This document shows positions 7,751 through 16,640 of a DNA stretch of 64,000 nucleotides, one piece after another (the first letter of the stretch is position 1; every line of letters starts with the position of its first letter). Made by a program: the position numbers and the translations under genes. The DNA comes from a virus (Duplodnaviria; Caudoviricetes): positions 1 to 64,000 of IMG/VR virus record IMGVR_UViG_3300028591_000095; one strand, written 5' to 3'. The notes beneath the pieces were generated by a model. It searched no databases. It was not told where the DNA came from and saw only the letters and a program-made list of their open reading frames with translations.

Positions 7751-9943
7751 TCATACACTGCTATAGCCGAACTTACGATTGAGCCATGAGTTAGCTCCAG
7801 ACATGATAGCATCACCGATGTTATCGAAACCATTTCGAACAAATGATGCTGCAAGTGCAAGCTTAGATACTAATCTTACAGCTGGATTGACTCTGTATTT
7901 ATCACATCCACAACATTGAGCAATGTAATCAAACATCGTATTGTTGTTGAGGAATGTGGATACTTGGTTCATTGGAGATGTCATCAATACATGCTGTAAG
8001 TCAGCAATTTGCACTTGAACATCTACTGAAAGCGGATATCCATTTACAGATACATCACCACCATTTGGATTTTTTGTAACTGTCAAACTGGTTATCATAC
8101 CAAGACGAGTACCCCATAATCCAGGAACATTCACCTGAACTACTGGTGGGAATGCATATGCAGCTGCATTGTTTCTTGACAACTTTGGAAGTGCCATTCC
8201 CATAAGATAAAACAATGGAACCAATATATTTATCAAATATGAATATGGATCTCCAGCATCTGACGATAGATGGATTGTAAATGATACAGATTGAGTTGCC
8301 TTGGAATCTTGCCATATCTGTGGATAAATAGTATGGTCACCTGTGAATGACTTTGCAAATCCTCCAAGGATACCAGCTGTAAATCTACCAACACCTCCAC
8401 CAAGAGATGATAACAATGCTTCTGCAGCATTGGTTCCTTGTTGTGCGAGATTGATAATAGCATCATCAAGCTTACTAACTGAAGCATTTGTCAAGAATGC
8501 AATTTCATTACCAACACCTTGACCTGTTTTTATTCCACTGAACAACTGGGATTCACCGATATCGTTCTGATATGATTCTGTGAATGATGAAGGATCTACC
8601 ATGAATGACACATATTGTGATGTTGTACCAGTCATGTTTTCACGCTGAGATATCTGACCAAGACCTTCGGTTGGAGTGATGTATCTATAGTTAGCCCATA
8701 CATCTCCAGCGTCTTTTACTCTTACATTCATACCAATTGGATATAATTCTTCACCGATTCTTACTGGTGCTTTCTGAAGACCTAACATGATGACAGCAGT
8801 ATTGATCATCATCTTTACATTATTTATGTATGTCAACCAATCAGCTTCAAATGTGTAGAATGGTTGTTGTACTGATAATGATGTAAGGATTTGAGCTGTA
8901 AGAGTTCCACCACCAACGATCAATGATTCACTGATACTGTCGATAATTCCTCTGGTGTAACCTGTAATGTTTGCAACCAATGGATCTTCCTCTCCAGCAT
9001 ACAAACCAAGTGATGAAGCTTTAGCTAACTCAAAGTCGTCACGGCTGTCATCCCCGATTGAAGAATCGAATGATTCAAATAACACTTCTTCTTGAACAAC
9101 ACTTGGAGCTGCTATCGATTGTGATGTAGTTGAATCATTTCCATAGATATCATATGATTTTAATGCTTTGAAGTAGTTCTTTGCTTGGTTGATGATACCA
9201 AGTATTGAACCAGTACCACCTGTGAATCGAGCTTTACCAACAAAGAAATTACAAACTTGAGCTTGTTGGAGAATCTTTGTAAGATAGAAATCACCAACAG
9301 GTCCATATGTATTCTCATCATATGCTGATAATAATCTCATATCGCATAGATTGGTTAACTGTGGTGGTGCTCCAAGTAATCTTGGTGAGTAGTACTTGAG
9401 TAATGGATTCGCTTGATACATCGAAGTATTCGCAGTTTCAACTTGATCACCACTGACTGGGATATAGTAATGATTGTTAGCATTACCAGTAACCGAATCA
9501 GTCAAATCTTGTTCAAGTTCTTTTCTCATATTCTGAAGATTTTCAGATGCAGTCTTTTGATCTGCAACCTTCTGTTCAGCAGCATATCGATTTTCAGCAT
9601 TCTCATAAGCTTCATATAAATCAAGCAAACCTTGATCACTTGCCAATGAACGAGCTGCTGTTCCTTTACCGTTTTCAGTCATATCATGTAATACTCTGAG
9701 TGATGCAAGAACAACTTCATCAGCAGTCATCTTTTCATATTTGTCAATCAATGCATTGTATTGAGCACCTTCATAACCTTGACCCACTTGCCTATATGAT
9801 TCGAATTCTTCAGTCATATAATCAATAAGGTGATCCTGTTTAGTTTTGGGTCTTTCTTCAGTAGTAGTATCTTTCAATGTGTCGGTAGTTTTAGTATTAG
9901 TAGCTGTACCATCAGTAGATACGTTATCAATTAAATCAGCCAT
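7751..9943 (-). CDS. Virion structural protein (jumbo-phage baseplate/tail-associated family)
   Basis: 730 aa; the C-terminal pattern PQIWQDS...LVPL...ALP...AYAFP...LGMITSLTVTK...NGYPLSVDV resembles phiKZ-like baseplate hub proteins from memory; late-type motif upstream. Confidence 0.55.
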   Translation of the reverse strand: MADLIDNVSTDGTATNTKTTDTLKDTTTEERPKTKQDHLIDYMTEEFESYRQVGQGYEGAQYNALIDKYEKMTADEVVLASLRVLHDMTENGKGTAARSLASDQGLLDLYEAYENAENRYAAEQKVADQKTASENLQNMRKELEQDLTDSVTGNANNHYYIPVSGDQVETANTSMYQANPLLKYYSPRLLGAPPQLTNLCDMRLLSAYDENTYGPVGDFYLTKILQQAQVCNFFVGKARFTGGTGSILGIINQAKNYFKALKSYDIYGNDSTTSQSIAAPSVVQEEVLFESFDSSIGDDSRDDFELAKASSLGLYAGEEDPLVANITGYTRGIIDSISESLIVGGGTLTAQILTSLSVQQPFYTFEADWLTYINNVKMMINTAVIMLGLQKAPVRIGEELYPIGMNVRVKDAGDVWANYRYITPTEGLGQISQRENMTGTTSQYVSFMVDPSSFTESYQNDIGESQLFSGIKTGQGVGNEIAFLTNASVSKLDDAIINLAQQGTNAAEALLSSLGGGVGRFTAGILGGFAKSFTGDHTIYPQIWQDSKATQSVSFTIHLSSDAGDPYSYLINILVPLFYLMGMALPKLSRNNAAAYAFPPVVQVNVPGLWGTRLGMITSLTVTKNPNGGDVSVNGYPLSVDVQVQIADLQHVLMTSPMNQVSTFLNNNTMFDYIAQCCGCDKYRVNPAVRLVSKLALAASFVRNGFDNIGDAIMSGANSWLNRKFGYSSV

Positions 9944-9968
9944 TATAATTCCTCCCTTTCATAGAAGA

Positions 9969-9981
9969 TTACTTTTGGGTT
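9969..9981 (-). promoter_or_regulatory. Putative late promoter AACC-N6-TAA
   Basis: Minus strand AACC CAAAAG TAAT. Confidence 0.55.
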
Positions 9982-9998
9982 TTCAGAACATTAATATA

Positions 9999-10041
9999 TT
10001 TCATATTTATATCATTATTTCGGTAACAGTCATGTACTGTT
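9999..10041 (+). promoter_or_regulatory. Putative early promoter plus 5' hairpin
   Basis: TTTCATATTTATATCATT then AACAGT-CATGT-ACTGTT. Confidence 0.55.
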
Positions 10042-10067
10042 CAATATTCAGAAGGAGGAAGTATCGT

Positions 10068-12437
10068 ATGAGTAGTAAACCCAAAATATTCAAAGACGAT
10101 GAAATGTACATCAAACAAAACGACATCGACGCTATTCAGCACAGACCATCTATGTATATCAGCCAGATAGGTGAAGGTGGTGCTGGTCAGATTTGTCGTG
10201 AGCTGATAGACAATTCACGTGATGAATGTGGAAAGAAAGATTCACCTGGTGATGAAATCTATATAGAGATTGATGACAAACATCTTCTCGTCAAAGATAA
10301 TGGTCGTGGTATCGACACCAAGTATCTTAGGAAGATTTATGAAACCAATCAGGCTGGATCCAATATGTTGAGAGCTGGTGGTGAAACCGTTGGTGAAAAT
10401 GGTTCCGGTACAGCATTGGCAACTGCATTCGGAGGTAAACTCATAGTCACGTCAATCAGACCAAACGAGAAGAAGAAACTCACACTCGAATATCATGATG
10501 GTAAACTTGTCAATGAGAAACTTGAAAAGTATACTGGAACTGAACATGGTTTGATTAACTATTTTGAACCGTCAAAGTTCTATCTTGGAACCGATAAAAT
10601 TCCTGTTGCAGATTTAGCAGAATGGATTAAAGATTTTGATTATACAATCAATAATGCCTACAAGATTCATTACAAGATCAGGAATAAAAACTTTGAGGTT
10701 ACTCATAGACCTCTCAAGCATTACATCCAGATGCATTGTATGGATGTGAATGGATATGCAACTTTCCCTCTCGAAATAAGTTGCAAGGGTAAACTTGATG
10801 AAGATTTCATGGGTAAGACTTATCATCGTACATTCAATGTTGATGCTGTATTGGTATATGCGACCCCAGAGTATAAGGATGAACTTGTGTGTCAATCATG
10901 GATGAATAAGATAAATACTATCCAGCACGGTTCACATCTTTCAGGTGTACTCAAAGGATATCAGATGTTCATTACAGAAAGATGCATCAAACGTAATAAG
11001 AAACTTGAGGATGAAGATCTTCGTAAGGATATCGTCAATCATCTCCATATCGTTGTAAATGCCAGATGTAACTTAGCTCACATGTTCTCTGGTCAGACCA
11101 AATACAACTGTATATCTCCAACACTTGAGAAGAAGATAACTGAAGCTGTGTATGAAGCATTATGTGAAAGCAATTCAAAGGACGTCATTGAATCATGTGT
11201 TGATATGGTCATTGGTAACCACCGTGCAAGAGTTGCAGGTGAACAAGCGAGAAATATCAACAAAACTCTCAAAGATGATAAGAAATGGTCACATCCTAAA
11301 TGCTTCATACCATGTTCAAATGTTAAGTGCGAATTTCCTAGAGAACTGTACATCGTTGAGGGAAATTCAGCTGGTGGTGGTCTTCGTGCTGCAAGAGATG
11401 CTAGGTTCCAGGCAATCTATCAGGCTCGTGGTAAGACACTCTCTATATGGAATAAACCAATCGACGAGATTCTCAAATCACAGGTTTGGAGAGACTTAAT
11501 CAAAGAACTTGGTTGTGGTATCCGTGAGTCATTTAATATGAAGAAACTCAAGTATGACAAGATCATCATATCCACGGATGCTGATATTGATGGATTCCAG
11601 ATCAGAGTTCTTGACGTATCTATATTCGTTCAGGAATTCCCAGACATAATTCGTGAGGGTAAACTGTATATCGCAGAACCACCACTGTATCGTCTGGTAA
11701 AAGGTAAGAATCACTTCTATGTTGCAACTCAGAATGAATACATCGATGCTTGTATCAAATCTATTGGTGATATTAAGATATCATTCCCTGAGAAGAATGC
11801 GACTATGGATACATCGACATTTGTACATGATACATTTGATTATCTTACGAATCTCAGAGACATTGCAATTACGCGTGGTGTGAATGCTCAATTGCTTGAA
11901 TATGTTGCATGGGGAATTGCAACAAACGATGGTGACTTGAATAAGTTCATCAAGAATATAAATAAATGGATGAAGAAGCTTGCTGGTGTATATCCAGAAC
12001 TTGGATTCGATGAAGTAACTCATCAGATCTCAGCTGTAATCAATTATAATGATCAGCTTGTAGTATTGGATGAATATCTTGTTCAATCTATCAGACCTAT
12101 TATTGATGTAATAAGTCAGTATGGTGTAATGATTACATATAGCTCTAAAAAGCTCAATACAGAAGTGACCAACACATTGTCAACTTTCTATGTTGATATG
12201 GAGAAATATTACCCAACAATCACAAACCGTTACAAAGGTCTTGGACAGTCTCCAGCTCAGGTATCAAAGGAAGTTATCATGGATCCTAGAACTAGAAGAA
12301 TCATTCGTCTTACAATGAATGATGCACTGATAATGCAACAGATGTCCGTACTGTTAGCAAAGGATAAGGATTCATTGATTGCAAGAAAGAATCTCATAAC
12401 AGGATTCAACTTCACTAAGAATGATATCGATAACTAA
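10068..12437 (+). CDS. gyrB: Type IIA topoisomerase B subunit (GyrB/ParE-like)
   Basis: GHKL ATPase motifs RPSMYI, ELIDNSRDE, DNGRGI, GENGSG; transducer FSGQTK; TOPRIM EGNSA, RGK, DADIDG, YIAEPPLY; YKGLG. Start moved to ATG 10068 behind AAGGAGG. Confidence 0.92.
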   Translation: MSSKPKIFKDDEMYIKQNDIDAIQHRPSMYISQIGEGGAGQICRELIDNSRDECGKKDSPGDEIYIEIDDKHLLVKDNGRGIDTKYLRKIYETNQAGSNMLRAGGETVGENGSGTALATAFGGKLIVTSIRPNEKKKLTLEYHDGKLVNEKLEKYTGTEHGLINYFEPSKFYLGTDKIPVADLAEWIKDFDYTINNAYKIHYKIRNKNFEVTHRPLKHYIQMHCMDVNGYATFPLEISCKGKLDEDFMGKTYHRTFNVDAVLVYATPEYKDELVCQSWMNKINTIQHGSHLSGVLKGYQMFITERCIKRNKKLEDEDLRKDIVNHLHIVVNARCNLAHMFSGQTKYNCISPTLEKKITEAVYEALCESNSKDVIESCVDMVIGNHRARVAGEQARNINKTLKDDKKWSHPKCFIPCSNVKCEFPRELYIVEGNSAGGGLRAARDARFQAIYQARGKTLSIWNKPIDEILKSQVWRDLIKELGCGIRESFNMKKLKYDKIIISTDADIDGFQIRVLDVSIFVQEFPDIIREGKLYIAEPPLYRLVKGKNHFYVATQNEYIDACIKSIGDIKISFPEKNATMDTSTFVHDTFDYLTNLRDIAITRGVNAQLLEYVAWGIATNDGDLNKFIKNINKWMKKLAGVYPELGFDEVTHQISAVINYNDQLVVLDEYLVQSIRPIIDVISQYGVMITYSSKKLNTEVTNTLSTFYVDMEKYYPTITNRYKGLGQSPAQVSKEVIMDPRTRRIIRLTMNDALIMQQMSVLLAKDKDSLIARKNLITGFNFTKNDIDN

Positions 12438-12465
12438 ATAAAGAAACATCAGAGGAGGAATAGAT

Positions 12466-14535
12466 ATGTTTAATTATAACATGGCTACAGATGTAAACGA
12501 ATCTGAGTATCCGGATCTCGCTTGCATGGATGAAATCACCGATGTCGAAACCCTTAAGGAATTAATGGGTGTGCCTATCATACTTGATAGACACATCAAC
12601 GACATCGAGGATCTTATGAAGAGAACTGTTGACATAGCCGGTATGTGTTGGAGTAATCCAGATGGTAATGGAGATACACTTGAACATACAAGAATCCCAT
12701 TCAAGGTATCATACGATGATGATATCGAATATGCTATGCCGTTGAATGGATTCATGTTCTTCCTGTTATTCATAAACCCAATCATGCAGTATATCAACCA
12801 TGTCGATATCGAGGACTTCATCTTTGAGTGTCCACTGATTGAAAAAGAAAGAAATGCAATCATCAATAAGATGTTTGATGTTCGTCGTAGCTTCGGCGTA
12901 CCAGTTCATGAAATATATCAGTCTGTATCAGATGTTCTGTTGTGGATTTCCGAACTCAACATAATATTTGGTCAGGCTTGCATTCAGGTATTTACTTCTG
13001 AGAATCTGTTCCTTGACCATTATAGAGAATCAGAATTAATCAGAGAGCTTAATAATACCAGATATCCGAACAACATTCAGACTGCCGAGATTGTTGAAGA
13101 GAATGCAAAACGTTACAAGTTATTACGTGAAGAGATGATCAAACGTAATAATCCATTATTCATCGATGACCAGTATACAAAGATTCTTAAACCTAAACAG
13201 ATTGAAGAGTTGTATCTCCATTTCGGTCAGATTCCAGATGGTAAGAATATCATCAACGTTGTTATGAACGGTAATGGATTCAATGACGGTTATAAGGATA
13301 TGGATGTTATTTACGCAGCGGCAATAGCAGCTCGTGTTCCAGACATCATGAATGAAGAATACATGGGTGTCGCAGGTTACTTTGCTAGAAATCTCTGGAT
13401 TCTCACATATGGTACTATCTCACCAAAGGTAGTAGATTGTGGTTCCAAGAATCCAATTCCAATCATGATAGATGAATGTGCACTTAAGATGTTTGATGGA
13501 CGTTACTATTACACTACAAAGCATGGAGATAAAATTCACATGCTTCATCGTAGTGATAAACATCTCATTGGTAAACAGCTGTGGTTCCGTTCACCTTGTA
13601 CATGTAATCTCAACAACGATGTTTGTCATGTATGTTATGGTAATGCTGCATTACGTGTTAGAGATTTCAGTGGTGGATTCATCTGCACAACTCAGTTCAT
13701 GACAGCTCGTATCAATCAGAACGTTCTTTCAGCAAAGCATCTGCTTAGAGCAAATGCAGAACTCATTGTATTCACTCAGAACTTCGAGAAGTATTTCGAG
13801 ATCGATTCTTGTCAGGTTGGTTGTAAGGAAGACGCTAAGTTTGATATCTATATCAGAGAAGATTATATGGATGAAATCTCTGAGAAATTTGAGATGTTCA
13901 TCGGTAAGAATCTTGAACCAGTTACAATCGGTAACTATGCAAACATCAACATATCTGATGAGATATTCAAGAAAGCTAAGATTGTTACAATCGATGATGT
14001 TAACTACTACAAGGTCAATTCAACTAAGCTTCTTGGTGATATATGCATACTCACACCAATCAACATCATGATGACTGCGAAGTACACCAAGATGATGAGA
14101 CTTCTCAACAATGATATCAGTAATAAGTATACAAACATTTCAGAAGTTGTAACTGAACTGTTCCATCTGTTCGAGGATACAATTCCGCTTCTGTCAACAC
14201 ATGGTGAAATCATCATTGGTTCACTCATAAGAAATAAAGACGATCAGATGAAACGTCCTAACTGGTTACTGTATGATGAACCATATCAGATGGTATGTGT
14301 AAAGACAGCACTTACAAACACTGATTCATTCACATGTGCACTTGCAAGTGAACAGACTGATCATCATCTCAGAGATAGAATCTTTGATCGTCGTAATAAA
14401 ATCAATAAGATTGGTGCTCGTAGCTTCATCGATTATCTGTTTGGATATTCAACTAAGGAAGTATCTGATGCTGAGATCATGAAGATCATGGCACCATTCT
14501 GGGACGAAGGAGGAGAATCTAATGATTCCCAGTAA
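12466..14535 (+). CDS. rpoC: Phage multisubunit RNA polymerase beta-prime C-terminal subunit (split rpoC), probably non-virion RNAP
   Basis: Bridge-helix-like GYFARNL, then DCG, Zn site RSPCTC...VCHVCYG and trigger-loop-like QNVLSAKH. There is no NADFDGD, as expected when beta-prime is split as in phiKZ/AR9-like phages. Confidence 0.85.
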   Translation: MFNYNMATDVNESEYPDLACMDEITDVETLKELMGVPIILDRHINDIEDLMKRTVDIAGMCWSNPDGNGDTLEHTRIPFKVSYDDDIEYAMPLNGFMFFLLFINPIMQYINHVDIEDFIFECPLIEKERNAIINKMFDVRRSFGVPVHEIYQSVSDVLLWISELNIIFGQACIQVFTSENLFLDHYRESELIRELNNTRYPNNIQTAEIVEENAKRYKLLREEMIKRNNPLFIDDQYTKILKPKQIEELYLHFGQIPDGKNIINVVMNGNGFNDGYKDMDVIYAAAIAARVPDIMNEEYMGVAGYFARNLWILTYGTISPKVVDCGSKNPIPIMIDECALKMFDGRYYYTTKHGDKIHMLHRSDKHLIGKQLWFRSPCTCNLNNDVCHVCYGNAALRVRDFSGGFICTTQFMTARINQNVLSAKHLLRANAELIVFTQNFEKYFEIDSCQVGCKEDAKFDIYIREDYMDEISEKFEMFIGKNLEPVTIGNYANINISDEIFKKAKIVTIDDVNYYKVNSTKLLGDICILTPINIMMTAKYTKMMRLLNNDISNKYTNISEVVTELFHLFEDTIPLLSTHGEIIIGSLIRNKDDQMKRPNWLLYDEPYQMVCVKTALTNTDSFTCALASEQTDHHLRDRIFDRRNKINKIGARSFIDYLFGYSTKEVSDAEIMKIMAPFWDEGGESNDSQ

Positions 14536-15586
14536 GAATAGAATATACTCATCAGGTATATTGTCAGGAACTGTCAAACCTAAATACCTGATAATCAAAA
14601 GTCTCTTAGGAGATGAATACGATACATCACGTGGGGTCGATATCTTTATCGACCTCAACACCTTTATCGGCGCGATGTTATCATCAAGAAATTATCTGAC
14701 ATCATTACCATTCAATGAAAATGCTGAAGCTGATATTGTGTCATCCCTCGTACATATAGCACTTCATTGGAAGAACTTCTCCAGACAATGGGAAGATGTT
14801 AAGATCTATATGGTGATGAATGATTATGTTGATAATCCTCTCTGTTGTGAACAGAAAATCATCAAGTCATATCTCCATCCGTATAAGAATACAATCAATG
14901 GTTCGAGATATGATAATGTCAGATATTATATAACAGAAGCAGTTAACATCACTCAGAAAGTATTCAACTTCATACCGAATCTGTATCTCGTTAAATGTAA
15001 AGATTTCGATTCATTGGTATTCCCAAATGTAATCAAAGGATATGAAGTGAATAATAGAAAACGTATCATTGTTACAGGAAATAATATGTTCACTGGATAT
15101 ATGTATGAAACTAACTGCCGAGTTATATATTCAAAGTGTAGACACAACGGAATCACTCAGGTGTATGATCCTGTGATGATAGCAAAGTCTATATCTAAGA
15201 TCGATGATGAAATCGTTGAAACATTCACAAAGAACAAAGTATTCTATAATCTGTTGAATGTAATCGTTGGAGATTTCGATAGAGGAATACTTGGAATGAA
15301 TGGAATAGGAATCTCAAGGGTTGCTGCAGAATTAGCTCGTTCGATTGAGAAAGGTAGTATACCATTAGAACCAAAGAGTTTCAATTCAGTATTATCTGTA
15401 ATCGATCCGACATTCCATTCGTATGTAACAACTGCATATCCATTGGTGGATTTAAAGACTCATTCCAATATGGTAAAGCAGTCATCAATAGAAACAATCA
15501 AAACTGAACAGCTGATAGATAACATCGATATCGATGGTCTCAGACAGTTCAGTATTGATGGTGTCAACTTACTTGAATTATTATGA
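14522..15586 (+). CDS. 5'-3' exonuclease / flap endonuclease (PIN-fold, T4 RNase H-like) protein
   Basis: N-terminal IFIDLN strand and H3TH-like VGDFDRGILGMNGIG; overlaps the RNAP gene by 14 nt. Confidence 0.6.
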   Translation: MIPSKNRIYSSGILSGTVKPKYLIIKSLLGDEYDTSRGVDIFIDLNTFIGAMLSSRNYLTSLPFNENAEADIVSSLVHIALHWKNFSRQWEDVKIYMVMNDYVDNPLCCEQKIIKSYLHPYKNTINGSRYDNVRYYITEAVNITQKVFNFIPNLYLVKCKDFDSLVFPNVIKGYEVNNRKRIIVTGNNMFTGYMYETNCRVIYSKCRHNGITQVYDPVMIAKSISKIDDEIVETFTKNKVFYNLLNVIVGDFDRGILGMNGIGISRVAAELARSIEKGSIPLEPKSFNSVLSVIDPTFHSYVTTAYPLVDLKTHSNMVKQSSIETIKTEQLIDNIDIDGLRQFSIDGVNLLELL

Positions 15587-15633
15587 GTAGAAGCTCCTTC
15601 GTATAAAGAATGGAGAGTCTTTTGGAAATGATG

Positions 15634-15663
15634 AAAAGCAGCCGGTTTAACCGGCTGCTTTTT
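15634..15663. terminator. Bidirectional rho-independent terminator
   Basis: AAAAGCAGCCGGTT-T-AACCGGCTGCTTTT between convergent genes. Confidence 0.8.
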
Positions 15664-15668
15664 CTTGT

Positions 15669-16622
15669 TTAGAAATCAAAGTCATCTGAAGAATCATCAG
15701 TTGATGTTGTAGCTGGATCCTTTGGGATGGGTTCTTTTTTCGGAGGTTTTGATGTAGGTAAATCATTAGTCTCTTCCATAGCACGAGAATCAAAGTGATC
15801 GATCTGAGCTTTCAGATTATTCATCTTGATGTTATACTTCTGGATGTTCTTCTGATACTTGGATTCGATCTTACGTTTACGATCACTTTCAGGAATATGA
15901 AGATACTCATCATATGCTTCCTTAGCAGCATCATACATTGCACAGATCGTATCATACTTATCAATCTTCTTATCATATGAACGCATCAACATAGCATTCA
16001 TGAATGATATAGGATTGAGTTCCTTTGCACCTCTGAAGATGTTAGGTATTACATTGAGAGCACCAGCAATGAGTTTAGCACCCTTAGTGAGAACTGCTGA
16101 AACAGATTCATGGAATACTACAGATTCTGAATAAGTTGAACGAATATATTCATCAATCTTACCATCGATATTGTCATTGAATGCTTTGATGAACCAACCG
16201 AGATCCTTACGACGAGAAATCTTGTCAGGTTTATAAACAAGACCTTTTTCAGTAGCTTCTGTTGATGCATAGATTCTTGCAAGTTCACCAACAAGAACAC
16301 GATATCCAACGGTAAACAATGCAGTGAACACACTGTTACGTTCATTCGGTTCGTTCATATATTCAGAAACCATCTGTGCGAATACAGGTCTGTGTAAAGC
16401 GTTGAACATATTCTTCAAGTCTTTAGCTTCTACAGCTGAGAATCTCTTCAATGATGTAAGATCTGTAAGCTGTTTCTCGATTTCGTGATACATTCTTACT
16501 TTTCTTATGTCACCACGACACTTATATTCATCCGAGCTTTTGTTAGAATATATCTCTCCTAACAGATTCATCATGTTTGAGAGCATATCTACTTCATGCT
16601 GTGTAGGTTTACGTCTTATCAT
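15669..16622 (-). CDS. Probable head/virion protein
   Basis: 317 aa, helical, with internal VFHES putative maturation site; in a late-strand operon. Confidence 0.5.
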   Translation of the reverse strand: MIRRKPTQHEVDMLSNMMNLLGEIYSNKSSDEYKCRGDIRKVRMYHEIEKQLTDLTSLKRFSAVEAKDLKNMFNALHRPVFAQMVSEYMNEPNERNSVFTALFTVGYRVLVGELARIYASTEATEKGLVYKPDKISRRKDLGWFIKAFNDNIDGKIDEYIRSTYSESVVFHESVSAVLTKGAKLIAGALNVIPNIFRGAKELNPISFMNAMLMRSYDKKIDKYDTICAMYDAAKEAYDEYLHIPESDRKRKIESKYQKNIQKYNIKMNNLKAQIDHFDSRAMEETNDLPTSKPPKKEPIPKDPATTSTDDSSDDFDF

Positions 16623-16640
16623 TATTCATTCACTCCTTCC

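Noticed and set aside
9846-10067. N-terminal extension of the GyrB ORF
   Set aside because: It overlaps the opposite-strand gene and the promoter region; the strong RBS supports ATG 10068
10068-14535. Bacterial chromosomal gyrB/rpoC, or inteins/introns within them
   Set aside because: Both are highly divergent, rpoC is only a fragment, and the context is virion genes; the frames are continuous with no intein or homing-endonuclease motifs
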